From: Gammaproteobacteria bacterium
Lineage (GTDB): Bacteria; Pseudomonadota; Gammaproteobacteria; Burkholderiales; Burkholderiaceae_C
Assembly (NCBI GenBank): GCA_018820395.1
Contig: JAHJOG010000032.1
Coordinates: 15,276 to 79,275, forward strand
Direction of reading: 5' to 3'
Length of the DNA stretch: 64,000 bases
The position numbers were made by a program, and so were the translations under genes. Each line of letters starts with the position of its first letter. The first letter of the stretch is position 1. Under the pieces are notes generated by a model. It was not told the DNA's origin. It worked only from the letters and a program-made list of their open reading frames with translations, and made no database searches. Shown one piece after another: positions 62,894-64,000 of this stretch.

Positions 62894-64000
62894 ATGGTTC
62901 AGGAAATCGTCACGGTCGACGTGCTGGTCGTCGGGTCTGGGGCATCTGGCATGGCGACCGCGGTGACCGCGGCGTCGCAAGGACTCAAGGTCTTGGTGGT
63001 CGAGAAGGAAGCCAAATACGGCGGGACCACGGCACGCTCCGGCGGCTGGCTCTGGGTACCGGGCACGCACCTCGCCAAAGAGCAAGGCATCCAGGAGCCG
63101 GCCGGCGCCGCGAAGGACTACCTGCGGCACGAGGCGACGACCCATTTCGACGAGCGGCGCGTCGACGCCTTCCTGGAAAACGGTCCGAAGGCCATCGAGT
63201 TCTTCACAAAGAACACCTGCGTCCAGTTCGACATGCCAGCGGTTTTCCCGGACTACCACGCCGAAGCGACGGGCGGGCAACCCGGAGGTCGTTCGATGGT
63301 GACGCGTCCGTTCGACGGCCGCGCCCTCGGCGAGCAGATCAAGAAGCTGGCTTCCCCGCTGCCCGAACTGACGGTCTTCGGGATGATGCTGGGCTCGGGG
63401 CCGGAGATCAAACACTTCATGCGCACGTTCAAGTCGCCCGTGTCGTTCGCTTACGTCACGAAGCGGCTCACCAAGCACCTGGTTGATGTCGTCACCCACG
63501 GTCGCGGCATGCTGCTGACCAACGGCAACGCCCTGGCCGGCCGCCTTGCCAAGGCCGGCATGGACCTGAAGATCCCGGTCTGGCTTGCCTCCCCGGTCAC
63601 GCAACTGGTCGTCGAATACGACGGCGTCGCGGGCGCACTCGTCCAGCGCGAAGGAAAAACCGTCAAGGTCCAGGCCACCCGAGGCGTGGTGCTGGCGTGC
63701 GGCGGGTTTCCGCACGACATCGAGCGCCGCAAGCAACTTTTTCCGCATGCGCCCACTGGCCGCGAACACTATTCGCCGTCGCCGGAGTCGAACACGGGCG
63801 ACGGCCTGCGCCTGGCCGAAAGCGTCGGCGGCCGTGTGGACGGCACGATCCCGAATGCGGCCGCGTGGGTACCGGCTTCGGTCACCACGCGGCCGGACGG
63901 ATCGAAGGGCGTCATGCCCCACTTCATCGATCGGGCCAAGCCCGGCGTGATCGCAGTCACCGCCAAAGGCAAGCGCTTCACCAACGAAGGCAGTTCGTAC
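62894..64000 (+). CDS. FAD-dependent oxidoreductase (KstD / fumarate-reductase-flavoprotein-like), 3' end outside the window
   Basis: Not in the supplied ORF track because it has no stop in the window. ATG at 62894 after GGAG. 'MVQEIVTVDVLVVGSGASGMATAVTAASQGLKVLVVEKEAKYGGTTARSGGWLWVPGT' is a GxGxxG FAD fold. The frame is still open at the end ('...VMPHFIDRAKPGVIAVTAKGKRFTNEGSSY'). The 348-aa reverse ORF across it is a shadow. Confidence 0.85.
   Translation, partial: MVQEIVTVDVLVVGSGASGMATAVTAASQGLKVLVVEKEAKYGGTTARSGGWLWVPGTHLAKEQGIQEPAGAAKDYLRHEATTHFDERRVDAFLENGPKAIEFFTKNTCVQFDMPAVFPDYHAEATGGQPGGRSMVTRPFDGRALGEQIKKLASPLPELTVFGMMLGSGPEIKHFMRTFKSPVSFAYVTKRLTKHLVDVVTHGRGMLLTNGNALAGRLAKAGMDLKIPVWLASPVTQLVVEYDGVAGALVQREGKTVKVQATRGVVLACGGFPHDIERRKQLFPHAPTGREHYSPSPESNTGDGLRLAESVGGRVDGTIPNAAAWVPASVTTRPDGSKGVMPHFIDRAKPGVIAVTAKGKRFTNEGSSY

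Noticed and set aside
61891-62895. 334-aa minus-strand ORF overlapping the IclR gene in another frame
   Set aside because: The alternative frame (61956..62786) gives a canonical IclR HTH and effector domain. This one is Arg/Pro/Gly-rich without motifs.
62876-63922. 348-aa minus-strand ORF at the right edge
   Set aside because: It is antisense to an open frame (62894 to the window end) that encodes a textbook GxGxxG FAD-binding N-terminus. The reverse ORF is Arg-rich with no motifs.

Overview
High-GC (by eye roughly 60-65%; not computed) proteobacterial DNA. A Burkholderiales-like origin is only an inference from composition and gene content. About 62 kb of the 64 kb looks like accessory genomic-island cargo. 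I recognised no rRNA, tRNA, CRISPR array, integrase or intact IS element. Contents from left to right: (1) the tail of a P4-like replication module (Toprim primase fragment, DUF3987 protein, small HTH protein); (2) a decayed umuC remnant; (3) a six-gene plus-strand cluster built around a non-housekeeping 830-aa Hsp70, with a GrpE-like protein, a classic AAA+ ATPase, a membrane/peptidoglycan-binding protein carrying six Cys-containing tandem repeats, a small protein and a Zn-ribbon/J-like protein; (4) a McrBC-like pair (AAA_5 GTPase-type protein plus DUF2357-like nuclease); (5) a decayed NYN gene; (6) a 24.3-kb, eight-gene, tightly coupled minus-strand operon; (7) a glycine-zipper membrane protein, an HNH protein and an unknown 288-aa protein; (8) a NERD-SF1 helicase with a WYL regulator; (9) a plus-strand run of tandem-AAA+ ATPase, macro domain (apparently frameshifted), a small ORF, an AddB-like/AddA-like nuclease-helicase pair and two coupled membrane proteins; (10) probable core genes at the right edge (IclR regulator divergent from an FAD-dependent oxidoreductase that runs off the window). 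The eight genes of the operon in (6), in transcription order, are a SNF2 ATPase, a 1657-aa N6-adenine methyltransferase, an HNH+DGQHR(ParB/DndB-like) protein, a Ser/Thr-kinase+SF1-helicase fusion, an HKD/PLD nuclease, an unknown 448-aa protein, a 2112-aa DEAD/DUF1998 helicase with a nuclease-like tail, and a RelE-fold+UvrD-like helicase. The two best candidates for an undescribed system are the eight-gene operon, which mixes DISARM class 1-like, Mokosh type I-like and Druantia DruE-like parts behind one methyltransferase, and the dedicated Hsp70/GrpE-like/AAA+/J-like cluster. All functional calls rest on motifs read by eye from the supplied translations. No database search was possible.
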